A DNA stretch of 64,000 nucleotides, from contig NZ_JAPSHJ010000013.1 in NCBI RefSeq assembly GCF_031179985.1, forward strand, positions 12,710-76,709, read 5' to 3'. Position numbers and translations under genes: made by a program. Positions 19,404 to 29,111 of the stretch are shown here, piece by piece. The notes under the pieces are model-generated. The model was not told the origin of the DNA and ran no database searches. It saw only the letters and a program-made list of their open reading frames with translations. How positions within the stretch are numbered: position 1 is the first letter of the stretch; the number at the start of each line of letters is the position of its first letter. Source of the stretch: Arthrobacter sp. GTDB taxonomy: Bacteria; Actinomycetota; Actinomycetes; Actinomycetales; Micrococcaceae.

Positions 19404-20726
19404 TTGCCCATTCCCCCGACAGGTAACGCGGAGCCCTACGGAAGCGATGCAGCAGTGACTGAAAAGACACCCACCCCTCCTAACCGCCAGGATCACCATC
19501 TTGATCCCTCAGCGGATTCCGACGAGCCCGCGTTCGACTGGATGAAGCCGGCCGCTCAGGCATCTCCAGTGCAGGCAACTCCGGCCCAGGCATCTCCAGC
19601 CCGGACAACGCCGGCAAGCGCAGATCCGGCAAAGGCTCCTGGCGGTAGTGGAGCCAGTGGCACACCAAAGACCGGCGACCCCGTAACGGGCGGATTGCCT
19701 CAAGCGGGAAGCAGGGCCGATCGTAAGGCAGCCGAGTCTGCTGCCGAGCCTGCCACGCCAGGTAAGGGCAGCGCGCCTGCCAACGGTGCCGCCACTGCCA
19801 ACGGCGCGGCCACTGCCAACGGCGCGGCATCAGGCAAGGGCGGCGCGCCAAGCAAGGCCGGGTCACATTTCCGGGAGCCCCTGCCCACCTCCGCACTGCA
19901 CGTCCGTCCTCCTGAGGAAGAAGTACAGCGCAGGAATGCGGAGCGGGAACAGGCGGCGAAGTCCAAGCCCGTGTTGCCCCGCGTTATGCAGGTGGCACTG
20001 GCAGTTTTCTACCCCGTCATTCTCCTGGTCCTCGCTGTCCGTGCTGTCACTAGCCCATTGTTCCTGTGGGTGGAGTACAACAGGCCCGGGTTCCCGGGCG
20101 ACGGATATGGCTTCAGCACTGATGACCGGATGACGTACGGTTCCTACACTGTGGACTACCTGGGGAACTGGGCCGGCCCGAGGTATCTCGGCGAACTGGT
20201 AAACCGCAGCGGGGACCAGCTGTTCAAAGATGGCGAGGTCAGCCACATGGCCGACGTCAAACTCGTGATCCTGTCAGCTTTCGGTGCCGGGATTCTGCTG
20301 ACGCTGCTGAGCATCATCGCCATCATCTACCTTCGCCGCCGCAGCACCGGGGGAGTACGCCGCGGATTGTTTGCAGGGGCCATCGTCACCCTGGTGATCA
20401 TCATCGGTCTCGGCGTGTTGGCGTTTCTGGGCTGGGAACAGTTCTTCACCGAGTTCCACCGGATATTCTTCGCCAGCGGATCCTGGACGTTCGCGCTGGA
20501 AGACACACTCATCCGGTTGTTCCCCGGCCAGTTCTGGATAGATGCAGGGATCGTCATCGCGGCCCTGGTCCTGCTGACAGCTATCATCACCTTGATCCTG
20601 ACGTGGCCGACCCGCAAACGCCGCGGACTGGTTTCGGAAGATAAGCCCGCTGCAAGCGAAGTGGATGACACGGCGGGGGCGGCGGATCCCAAAGCGTCAG
20701 GAAAAGGCGCCTCGGTGGTCTCCTAG
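19404..20726 (+). CDS. TIGR01906/DUF1461-family membrane protein with a long low-complexity N-terminus; start uncertain
   Basis: EVSHMADVK, WEQFFTEFHRIFF..GSWTF...DTLIRLFPGQFW. Confidence 0.85.
   Translation: MPIPPTGNAEPYGSDAAVTEKTPTPPNRQDHHLDPSADSDEPAFDWMKPAAQASPVQATPAQASPARTTPASADPAKAPGGSGASGTPKTGDPVTGGLPQAGSRADRKAAESAAEPATPGKGSAPANGAATANGAATANGAASGKGGAPSKAGSHFREPLPTSALHVRPPEEEVQRRNAEREQAAKSKPVLPRVMQVALAVFYPVILLVLAVRAVTSPLFLWVEYNRPGFPGDGYGFSTDDRMTYGSYTVDYLGNWAGPRYLGELVNRSGDQLFKDGEVSHMADVKLVILSAFGAGILLTLLSIIAIIYLRRRSTGGVRRGLFAGAIVTLVIIIGLGVLAFLGWEQFFTEFHRIFFASGSWTFALEDTLIRLFPGQFWIDAGIVIAALVLLTAIITLILTWPTRKRRGLVSEDKPAASEVDDTAGAADPKASGKGASVVS
19557..19616 (+). repeat. Four imperfect 15-bp tandem units (QASPV/QATPA/QASPA/RTTPA)
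   Basis: caggcatctccagtg caggcaactccggcc caggcatctccagcc cggacaacgccggca. Confidence 0.8.
19779..19832 (+). repeat. Three 18-bp tandem units (ANGAAT x2, ANGAAS)
   Basis: gccaacggtgccgccact gccaacggcgcggccact gccaacggcgcggcatca. Confidence 0.9.
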
Positions 20727-22432
20727 ATCCAGGACGGCATCCACATCCGGAACCGCCATTGCTGGTAGGAAATGACCTCGGCGGTCCACACCGGATAGAA
20801 AAAGGCGGACAAAAGCACGGCGCAGACGAGGAACAGCGCCACGAAGTAAAGACCCGACCTCCGCCTGAGCAGGCTGTCAGTGCGCTTGCCGAGCATCAGG
20901 CCCAGGCAATAGACCAGGGCCAGAACCAGGAACGGCTCGAAGGACACCGCATAGAAAAAGAACGTGGTGCGCTCCGGGTAGAGGAACCAGGGAAGATAAC
21001 CGGCAGTAATGCCGGCAAGGATGCCTCCTGCCCTCCAGTCCCGTCTGCCCGCCCACCAGGACAGCAGAATCACGACGGCGATTGCGGCACCCCACCAGAT
21101 CAGCGGGTTGCCCACGGAGAGTATGGCTGAGGTGCAATTCGGCCCATCACAGCCGGGCGTTCCGGCTTTGGGCGACTCGTAAAAGAACGAAGTGGGCCGT
21201 CCCATGACCAGCCATGTCCAGGGACTGGCCTCGTACGGATGATCCGAGCTCAGTCCCTGATGGAATTTGTAGGCTTCAAGGTGGTAGTGGGCCAGTGACC
21301 GGGCCCATCCCGGCAGCCAGCCCCACTCGCTGGAAGGATGGGTGTCCGCCCACCGGCGGTAGTAGGCGTCTTTGGAGAGCAGCCAGCCCGCCCACGTTCC
21401 CAGATACACCACTGCCGCTACGGGGACGGTGCCAAGGAAGGCAGGGATGCCATCCTTGATGATCCCGCCGCTGATCCAGCCGCGGATTCCCGCGACGCGC
21501 CTGGCATTGAGGTCCCAGAAGACCGTCAGCAAGCCGAAGGCTGCAACGAAGAAGAGGCCCGACCATTTGGTGCCCACGGCCAGCCCAAGGCATACGCCGG
21601 CAGCGACGCGCCACCAGCGGACACCCAGCCAGGGACCGGACAAGAGATCGATGGTGGTTGGCCTGCCGTCTTTGGTGGCTGCCGCCTGCCTTCCCAGCCG
21701 CACCGCCAGCCGTCGTCGGCCGTCGTCGCGGTCCATCAGCAGGGCGCCGAAAGCGGCAAGGATCCAGAACATCAGGAAAATATCCAGCAGTGAGGTCCTG
21801 GACATGACGAGGTGGTGTCCGTCGACCGCGATCAGGATTCCCGCCACAGCTCCCAAGGCCAGGGAACGAAACAGCTTCTGTGCAATAAGGGCGATCAGGA
21901 ACACTGAGAGGGTTCCCGTGAGGGCGGCACCGAACCGCCAGCCGAAGGGGTTATCCGGGCCGAAAAGCCACATTCCTGCAGCAATCATCCATTTGCCGAC
22001 CGGCGGATGGACCACATATTCGGGGGTGTCCAGCAGCACTCCCGGGTTCCCGGCGTTGAAGGAATCGTTGGCTTTGTCCGGCCAGCTCCGTTCATAGCCA
22101 CTGATCAGGTATGAATAACCGTCTTTCACATAGTAGGTCTCATCGAAGACCAGGCTCCGGGGTGAGTCCAGGCGGACGAACCTCAGGACCCCGGCAATGG
22201 CTGCTGTCAGGGCGGGAATCAGCCAGTACCAGAGGCGGAGCGACGGCGGGTAGTCCCGCCAGCTCTGGATCTCCCCGATCAGCCGTTGCCTCAAGGAATC
22301 AGGAGTAAAGGCTTCCGAGGGGCGGGCGATCCAACGGTGACCTTCCAGGTTGCGGCCGCTGCCAAGGGGTGTTGCGGCTGGTGGAGCCGCCGGTTCGGCC
22401 TCGACGGGCTGCTGCAGGGAGGTCTGAGTCAC
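20723..22432 (-). CDS. pmt: Protein O-mannosyltransferase (GT39/PMT)
   Basis: VFDETYY, VVHPPVGKWMIA, FGWRF, SRTSLLDIFL, TKWSG, HPYEASPW, FFYA. Confidence 0.93.
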   Translation of the reverse strand: MTQTSLQQPVEAEPAAPPAATPLGSGRNLEGHRWIARPSEAFTPDSLRQRLIGEIQSWRDYPPSLRLWYWLIPALTAAIAGVLRFVRLDSPRSLVFDETYYVKDGYSYLISGYERSWPDKANDSFNAGNPGVLLDTPEYVVHPPVGKWMIAAGMWLFGPDNPFGWRFGAALTGTLSVFLIALIAQKLFRSLALGAVAGILIAVDGHHLVMSRTSLLDIFLMFWILAAFGALLMDRDDGRRRLAVRLGRQAAATKDGRPTTIDLLSGPWLGVRWWRVAAGVCLGLAVGTKWSGLFFVAAFGLLTVFWDLNARRVAGIRGWISGGIIKDGIPAFLGTVPVAAVVYLGTWAGWLLSKDAYYRRWADTHPSSEWGWLPGWARSLAHYHLEAYKFHQGLSSDHPYEASPWTWLVMGRPTSFFYESPKAGTPGCDGPNCTSAILSVGNPLIWWGAAIAVVILLSWWAGRRDWRAGGILAGITAGYLPWFLYPERTTFFFYAVSFEPFLVLALVYCLGLMLGKRTDSLLRRRSGLYFVALFLVCAVLLSAFFYPVWTAEVISYQQWRFRMWMPSWI

Positions 22433-22486
22433 GTGCCCATGCTACCTTTTACGGCTGTACTCCTTGGCGGCAGTACGCTGGTTGAT

Positions 22487-23407
22487 GTGGATCCTCAACT
22501 CAGCACTTCTCCCCTCAGCCCTGCGCCAACGGACGCACCTGACGCAGCCCACGAACCAGGGGGCGGAGCCGGCGGCGCAGGCCGTGTCGTACTGGCGGCC
22601 ACGCCCATCGGAAACGTGGGGGACGCATCCTCAAGGCTGATAGAGCTGCTGAGTACCGCGGACATCGTCGCTGCTGAGGACACCAGGCGCCTGCACCGTC
22701 TCGTCCAGAGTCTGAACATTACCGTCGCCGGCCGGATCATCAGCTACCACGAGCACAACGAAGCCACAAAGACAGCAGAGCTTCTTGACCATGTGAAAAC
22801 GGGTAAAACCCTGGTGATGGTTACGGATGCCGGCATGCCGTCCGTCTCAGATCCTGGCTTCCGGCTGGTGGAGGGAGCGGTTGCCGCAGGGCTCACCGTG
22901 ACGGCTGTTCCAGGCCCGTCCGCAGTGTTGACTGCGCTGGCCCTGTCCGGGTTGCCTACGGACAGGTTCTGCTTTGAAGGCTTTCTGCCCCGCAAATCGG
23001 GGGAGCGTGCGTCCCGGCTCGCTGAGCTCGATCAGGAGCGCCGGACCATGGTGTTCTTCGAGGCGCCGCACCGGCTTGAGCCAATGCTCCGTGCCCTGCA
23101 CGAGCGGTTTGGCGCTGAACGGCAGGCGGCCGTCTGCCGTGAACTCACCAAGACGTATGAGGAAGTGATTCGCGGGACCCTGCGCGAGTTGTTGGAGTGG
23201 GCCGAGACCCAGGACGTCCGGGGGGAAATAGCTGTGGTGGTGGGCGGGGCACCGGAAAAAACGCCCGGACAGCCCGAAGACCATGTTGCCGCAGTAAACG
23301 AATTGATTTCCCAAGGTATCCGTCTCAAGGAAGCAGTGGCAGCTGTTGCTGAGGACGCCAGGGTCAGTAAACGTGAGCTGTATTCGGCGGTGTTGGCTGC
23401 GCGCTGA
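22487..23407 (+). CDS. rsmI: 16S rRNA C1402 2'-O-methyltransferase
   Basis: LAATPIGN..AAEDTR..SYHEHN..DAGMPSVSDPG..PGPSA..FEGFLP..RELTKTYEE; start moved to leaderless GTG 22487. Confidence 0.95.
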   Translation: MDPQLSTSPLSPAPTDAPDAAHEPGGGAGGAGRVVLAATPIGNVGDASSRLIELLSTADIVAAEDTRRLHRLVQSLNITVAGRIISYHEHNEATKTAELLDHVKTGKTLVMVTDAGMPSVSDPGFRLVEGAVAAGLTVTAVPGPSAVLTALALSGLPTDRFCFEGFLPRKSGERASRLAELDQERRTMVFFEAPHRLEPMLRALHERFGAERQAAVCRELTKTYEEVIRGTLRELLEWAETQDVRGEIAVVVGGAPEKTPGQPEDHVAAVNELISQGIRLKEAVAAVAEDARVSKRELYSAVLAAR

Positions 23408-23430
23408 CTGCTGTGCAGATGCACAGCAGT
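23407..23430. terminator. Hairpin directly after rsmI
   Basis: ACTGCTGTGC-agat-GCACAGCAGT perfect 10-bp stem. Confidence 0.55.
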
Positions 23431-23546
23431 AGCCGCTTCGCACAGTGCGCAATTTCGTAGACACCCCTGAGAACCGGGCAGTACGGTGGCAGTAATCCAG
23501 CTTCTGGCTGAACCACCCAAACCCAACTGCTGACGAGGGAGTCATC

Positions 23547-25046
23547 GTGACTGTCACTGCACACCACACTGTAACCGCGGAGCGTGAGCGCGAGTTGCTG
23601 TCCTCTGTTCCTACTGGTCTTCTGATCAATGGCGAGTGGCGTCCGGCTGCTTCCGGGAAGACGTTCGACGTCGAGGATCCCTCCACCGGGAATACCCTCG
23701 TCAGCATCGCTGACGCCGGTCCCGAGGATGGCGCGGCAGCACTTGATGCCGCCGCCGCTGCCCAAGAATCCTGGGTTAAGGTTCCTGCCCGTGAGCGCGG
23801 CGAAATTCTGCGCCGCGCGTTCGAGCTTGTGACGGAACGCGCCGATGACTTTGCACTGCTGATGACCCTCGAGATGGGCAAGCCACTGGCCGAAGCGCGC
23901 GGCGAGGTCACCTACGGTGCAGAATTCCTGCGCTGGTTCTCTGAGGAAGCAGTCCGGGCTTTTGGACGCTATTCAGTCTCCCCTGACGGAAAGTCCCGGC
24001 TCCTGGTCCAGAAGAAGCCGGTAGGGCCTTGCCTGCTGATCACGCCGTGGAACTTTCCGCTGGCCATGGCTACCCGAAAGATCGCCCCGGCGGTCGCTGC
24101 CGGCTGCACCATGGTGCTCAAATCTGCAAACCTTACCCCGCTGACCTCCCAGCTCTTTGCAGCAGTCATGATGGAGGCAGGGCTCCCGGCAGGCGTCCTG
24201 AACGTCATCCCCACCTCGACGGCAGGCGCGACCACAGGTCCCCTGATCAAGGACTCCCGGCTCAGGAAGCTCTCCTTCACCGGCTCCACTGAGGTTGGCC
24301 GCCGTCTGCTCTCGGACGCATCGGAGAACGTCCTCAGGACGTCCATGGAGCTCGGCGGGAACGCACCCTTTGTGGTGTTCGGGGATGCCGACGTCGACGC
24401 AGCAGTCGCTGGCGCAATGCTCGCCAAGCTGCGGAACATGGGTGAGGCTTGCACTGCAGCCAACCGTTTCATCGTGCACGAGTCAGTGGCTGATGAGTTC
24501 GCGGAAAAGTTCGCGGCAAAAATGGCCGACATGACCACAGCGCGTGGAACCGAAGAAAACTCGAAGGTCGGCCCGCTCATCGACGCCAAGAGCAGGGACA
24601 AGGTGCACGAACTTGTGTCCGACGCTGTTGCTGCCGGAGCAGTCACGGTAACGGGCGGCGCACCGGTAGATGGACCCGGCTACTTCTACCAGCCCACCAT
24701 CCTCAAGGGCGTCACGGAGGGCACCCGCATCCTGTCCGAGGAAATCTTCGGACCGGTGGCCCCGATCATCACGTTCGATACCGAAGACGAAGCCGTCCGT
24801 CTGGCCAACAACACCGAATACGGACTCGTGGCCTACGTATACACGAGGGACCTCAACCGCGGTATTCGGATGGGAGAACGCCTCGAGACGGGAATGCTGG
24901 GCCTGAATGCCGGCGTCGTCTCCAATGCCGCAGCTCCCTTTGGCGGTGTGAAGCAGTCCGGCCTCGGGCGGGAAGGCGGCCTCGAAGGCATCGAGGAGTA
25001 CCTCTACACCCAGTACATCGGCATTGCCGATCCCTACGCCGGATAG
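23547..25046 (+). CDS. gabD: NAD(P)-dependent succinate-semialdehyde dehydrogenase
   Basis: ITPWNFP, FTGSTEVG, MELGGNAP, GEACTAANR, EEIFGP, PFGGVKQSGLGREG. Confidence 0.88.
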   Translation: MTVTAHHTVTAERERELLSSVPTGLLINGEWRPAASGKTFDVEDPSTGNTLVSIADAGPEDGAAALDAAAAAQESWVKVPARERGEILRRAFELVTERADDFALLMTLEMGKPLAEARGEVTYGAEFLRWFSEEAVRAFGRYSVSPDGKSRLLVQKKPVGPCLLITPWNFPLAMATRKIAPAVAAGCTMVLKSANLTPLTSQLFAAVMMEAGLPAGVLNVIPTSTAGATTGPLIKDSRLRKLSFTGSTEVGRRLLSDASENVLRTSMELGGNAPFVVFGDADVDAAVAGAMLAKLRNMGEACTAANRFIVHESVADEFAEKFAAKMADMTTARGTEENSKVGPLIDAKSRDKVHELVSDAVAAGAVTVTGGAPVDGPGYFYQPTILKGVTEGTRILSEEIFGPVAPIITFDTEDEAVRLANNTEYGLVAYVYTRDLNRGIRMGERLETGMLGLNAGVVSNAAAPFGGVKQSGLGREGGLEGIEEYLYTQYIGIADPYAG

Positions 25047-25098
25047 CCCCTTTCCGCGCCGGCTTCACGTGCCTGGCGTTCCAGCCAGCCTTCCTTTG

Positions 25099-27606
25099 CT
25101 AGCCTTCCCTGACACGGCGCAGGCCGTCGCGCGTCCTTACCAATGTTCGTGCGGCGGCCCGCCGCCAGACGCCAACGTTCCGGGAGACTGCACGGAACGG
25201 CGTGCCGAGGGTGGACAGCCAGCGATCCATCACGGCAGGCGGGAGCCACGATGCCCGGAACCTCACCAACCGCCGTGCATTAGCCCGCAGGGCAGCGATG
25301 ATCAGGTCTATCCGCGCGGCGGCTATTGCCGCAGGAGTTCCGCCGGGCCGGGACTCGCCGGGTGCAGCTTGTGACCGCAGGGGCCGCCCATACTCCCGGC
25401 GCTCGAAATCCTGCACCAGGGAATCAACTGCCCGATGGGCTGCACCGTCCCTGCCGTCTTCCTCGCCCAGCGCTCCTGACCGGCGCAGGCGGGCGGAGAA
25501 ATGCCGGGGAGTCTCACTGGGCCGTGGCGGTACACCGTAATCAATTGCCAAATCGCGGAGCTCGGCCCAGGACTGCAGTGCAGCGTCGTCGCTGGCCGCA
25601 GGTCCCGGCCTCAGCCGGCGGGACCGCAGCCCCGTGCGAATCAGCCGCGGCGAAGCCAGAAGCAAGCCGAGCAGAAGTACGCCCAAGCCACCATAGAGAA
25701 CCGGCAGCAGCTGGAAGCCGGCAGCCCCAGCGGCCCCGCCGCCGGGAAGAGGCACGGGTGCGGTGCTGGGAAGCGGTGCGGCGCTGGCAGCGCCTGACGG
25801 AATCAGGTCGTCATTGTTCTGGTTCGTACTGGCACCGCCGGAGATGCTTGTCTCCGAGGCGTAAGCGGGAACCACTCCGCGTGAGGGAGTCGGTTCGAAG
25901 GGAACCCAGCCCAGGCCTTCGAAGTACAGCTCTGGCCACGCATGCGCATCCCGGGCGTCCACCTCATACTCAGGCACGGCACCCTGCCCTGCCAGCGAAA
26001 CTGTCTGTCCGGTTGGCCTGCCGGGGGCATAACCCACGGCGATACGGCTGGGGATACCCTCAAGCCGGGCCATGACAGCCATCGCGGACGCATAGTGGAT
26101 GCAGTAGCCGCTCTTTTGGGCGAGGAAATCGGCCAGGACGGACAGCCCGTTGCCGTCATAGCCACCCTGGACGGGAGATTCCAGGGAATAGGTGAACTCT
26201 GATGAACGAAGGTATCTCTGGATTGCCAGGGCCTTGGAATACGATGTGTTGCTTTCCCTGGTAATTGTGTCGGCCGTGGTCCGGACGATGTCCGGAACCC
26301 CTGCCGGCGGGCGGATGAAATCATCTGAAATCCCCCGTACAGGAGCGGACGACCTGGCCAGCAGGTCTACTGTCAAGGTGGGCATGCTGGAGACCACCAC
26401 GTACTGCTGGCCCCGGGAATTGGTGTCAACGCCCTTGATGCTCAGTGTGGAAGGATCCCAGCTCCACCTGCCATCCAGGCCGTTCACACCGGCAGGTGCA
26501 TACGGCACAGGAAGATACGGGCTGGTGAATTGCCCTGCATTGATGACCGTAATGCTGCGGGCCATCTCGGTGGCGCTGATCTCGTAGCCCGGATCCAGCC
26601 TTGCTACGCCTCCCCGGCGCGTGTCATCCCGGTCATCAGGCGCCCACGACTCTCCGTCAAACCGATCCACCGTTACTGATCTGAGGTACAGCGGCGAGGT
26701 GGCCGTGGAGGCATACGTAATCCGTCCCTCCCCGGTCGGGCTTCGAAGGCTGTTGCCCAGGCTGATCATGGGGTTGAGGCCGCTTGATGAACCCCATGGG
26801 TTCAGGCGCGAGCCTTGGGGGAATGTGCCCCTCTCAAACCCTGGAATCAGTGGTTGAAGCAGGAGTGTGGCAAGGAGCGCCACACCGCCTGTCATGGCCG
26901 CCCGTTTGAACTGCCCCGGATTCCTGCCCGCTCCCGCCTGCAGCCGGTTGGCTGAGAACCACTGGCTGCAGCCCACGATCATCAGGTAGCCAACGGCGGT
27001 GACGATGAATGCCGGAAGCCCGACGCTCTGGGGCTTGATCATTGCCGGAACCACCAGGACCGCAAGCAATCCGAGACCGCTCGTGGCGGGCATTCCGAGG
27101 GGGACGGCAAGCGCATCGACCAGAATTACCACCAGCCCCAGAACAGCGCAGGTCACCAGTACGATGCCAACGTTGGGGGCGACGGGGGCACTTTCGGCGA
27201 GGACTGTTTCCGTGGCCCTGCGCACGTACAGGCCCAGCATATCCATCGTTTCGCCGGATGGAATGAATCCTGCGATGCTGTTCCTGCGGAAAAAGGTGAA
27301 GGTCAGAATAAGGACCAGGGAGACGAAGCCGCCTGCGGCAACCAGCAGCGGTTGGGCCCGGGCCGCGCGCAGCAACGCCATGGCAGCCACCACAACAACC
27401 ACGGTGGTCACGACGGGAATGTACCAGGCCCAGCCACGCAACACCCCATTAAGTGATAACGCGGCGCCACTCACGGCCAGCGCCACGGCTGCCGCCATCG
27501 CCCACGGGTAAGGGCCTACACGGCGGGGGGCACCTTGTCGGGGGTCGGTTGGAGCCAGGACAAGTGCAGGTGCTGAGGTGTCTGTCCGCTGGGGCGTCAT
27601 GGTCAT
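25099..27606 (-). CDS. TgpA-like transglutaminase-domain membrane protein (DUF3488 + TGc)
   Basis: N-terminal TM bundle; GYCIHYASAMAVMAR..RIAVGY..DAHAWPELYFEGLGWVPFEPTP (Cys-His-Glu triad). Confidence 0.93.
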   Translation of the reverse strand: MTMTPQRTDTSAPALVLAPTDPRQGAPRRVGPYPWAMAAAVALAVSGAALSLNGVLRGWAWYIPVVTTVVVVVAAMALLRAARAQPLLVAAGGFVSLVLILTFTFFRRNSIAGFIPSGETMDMLGLYVRRATETVLAESAPVAPNVGIVLVTCAVLGLVVILVDALAVPLGMPATSGLGLLAVLVVPAMIKPQSVGLPAFIVTAVGYLMIVGCSQWFSANRLQAGAGRNPGQFKRAAMTGGVALLATLLLQPLIPGFERGTFPQGSRLNPWGSSSGLNPMISLGNSLRSPTGEGRITYASTATSPLYLRSVTVDRFDGESWAPDDRDDTRRGGVARLDPGYEISATEMARSITVINAGQFTSPYLPVPYAPAGVNGLDGRWSWDPSTLSIKGVDTNSRGQQYVVVSSMPTLTVDLLARSSAPVRGISDDFIRPPAGVPDIVRTTADTITRESNTSYSKALAIQRYLRSSEFTYSLESPVQGGYDGNGLSVLADFLAQKSGYCIHYASAMAVMARLEGIPSRIAVGYAPGRPTGQTVSLAGQGAVPEYEVDARDAHAWPELYFEGLGWVPFEPTPSRGVVPAYASETSISGGASTNQNNDDLIPSGAASAAPLPSTAPVPLPGGGAAGAAGFQLLPVLYGGLGVLLLGLLLASPRLIRTGLRSRRLRPGPAASDDAALQSWAELRDLAIDYGVPPRPSETPRHFSARLRRSGALGEEDGRDGAAHRAVDSLVQDFERREYGRPLRSQAAPGESRPGGTPAAIAAARIDLIIAALRANARRLVRFRASWLPPAVMDRWLSTLGTPFRAVSRNVGVWRRAAARTLVRTRDGLRRVREG

Positions 27607-29099
27607 CGGTCTACTCCTGCTCCACGCCGTACATCAGCGGCCGCGGTGGAGCCTGCGGCATCGCCCTCATCGAATGAGACCCAGGCTGCGGGCAGGGACG
27701 TAGTTGCCTTGACCGCGATGGCCCGCCAGCCGCCAAGCCGCAGGGCTTCCAGTGCATCATGGGACGCCTCGGGATGATCGGTGATGACGATGGCGAAGGC
27801 GTTGGCGCCGAAGGCCGCTGCCTGCGACAGCGATCGGGCTTCCTGCAGGGTAACCTTTCCCAGGATAGCCAGGAGGGGTCCCCGGAGGCGGTGGGCGGAA
27901 AGTTTGTCGATCAGCCTGGTGTCAAATGCGCGGGGACCGGACTCGGCCAGGAGAGAGTTTTCCCGGGCGTCCCGGTTTTCCCGCTTCTCGCCATCCGTGT
28001 CACTCTCCCTGCGGTCACCATTTCTTCTCTCGGTGTCCCCTCGACCGGAGTTTCGGCGGATGTGGTGGGAACCTGAAAGCTGGATTGCTGCGAGGCTTTC
28101 CGCCACGGATTGCAGTCCGGCGGCTCCGTTGAAGTCCTCAGACTCCGGTTCAGGTGCCGAAGGGGAGTGAAGGAAGGCAGGATCCCCGTGCGCATCAAGG
28201 AACCGAAGCACATAGTTACGCTCAGCGAGGTGCGTGCTGATGGACATTGCCGCAGTAACGGCCCATTCAAAGCTGTCGCTGGTGACGAGTTCCTGGCCGG
28301 AGTCTCCGTGTGCTCCACTGAAGACCGAACTAAGAGCGTTGTGGAAAGCGGTGTACCTCTGATCGAGAATGATGGTGGCTTCCGGCGTCGTGACTGATTC
28401 CTCCTGCCGCACCATCAGCTCGCCATGGCGCGCTGTCGCTGCCCAGTGCACCCTCCGCATGGGGTCACCGTGGCGGTACTCCCGTGTCATGACGTCGTCG
28501 TCACTCGGATTGGCCCGGATCCGCGTGGCAGTCACTCCGTCGCTGCCGCGCGCACCCGCGAGTCCGGTAATGGGAAGTTCGACGGCGGCGGGCGTCACAG
28601 TGAGCGTGTCGCCGTCGTCTATGGAATGGCGATGGAGGGAGAGTCCAAAGGGATCACTGAATTCCGCTGTGACCGGGCCGATGGTGAATTGGCCGCGCTT
28701 CCCGGACCGCAGATGGTACTCGTAGCGGCTGGTTCCGCCGACTGCGGAGCGGGCAGGGAACCGGAACGCCGGGGACTCCCCGAACCGCGGCGGAAGTTTC
28801 TCCTCCATCATCACAACACCCGCGCCTGCCCCGGTCCGCGCCACGGCAAGCCTGACGGTTGAGGTGGCGGAAGTTTCAACCGTGGAGGGATTGAACTCCC
28901 GGTAGACCTGGAACCTCGGCTTCAGGATCCTGATTCCGAGCAGCGCCATCAGCGGCAACAGGATGAGCAGCAGCGCCAAGGTGAGGAGATCGCGCCGCCC
29001 CATCACTTGCGCGAGCAGGAGCGCCAGAACGCCGGCGGTCAGGAGGCCCCAGCCGCGGGTACTGAAAATGTGTTTGGGAAGGTGATCAAGGACAGCCAA
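27603..29099 (-). CDS. DUF58 (vWA-like) protein
   Basis: STRGWG, LRSGKRGQFTIGP, REYRHGDPMRRVHWAATARHGELMVRQEE, FEWAVTAAMS. Confidence 0.93.
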   Translation of the reverse strand: MAVLDHLPKHIFSTRGWGLLTAGVLALLLAQVMGRRDLLTLALLLILLPLMALLGIRILKPRFQVYREFNPSTVETSATSTVRLAVARTGAGAGVVMMEEKLPPRFGESPAFRFPARSAVGGTSRYEYHLRSGKRGQFTIGPVTAEFSDPFGLSLHRHSIDDGDTLTVTPAAVELPITGLAGARGSDGVTATRIRANPSDDDVMTREYRHGDPMRRVHWAATARHGELMVRQEESVTTPEATIILDQRYTAFHNALSSVFSGAHGDSGQELVTSDSFEWAVTAAMSISTHLAERNYVLRFLDAHGDPAFLHSPSAPEPESEDFNGAAGLQSVAESLAAIQLSGSHHIRRNSGRGDTERRNGDRRESDTDGEKRENRDARENSLLAESGPRAFDTRLIDKLSAHRLRGPLLAILGKVTLQEARSLSQAAAFGANAFAIVITDHPEASHDALEALRLGGWRAIAVKATTSLPAAWVSFDEGDAAGSTAAADVRRGAGVDR

Positions 29100-29111
29100 C
29101 GTGCGTACCTG

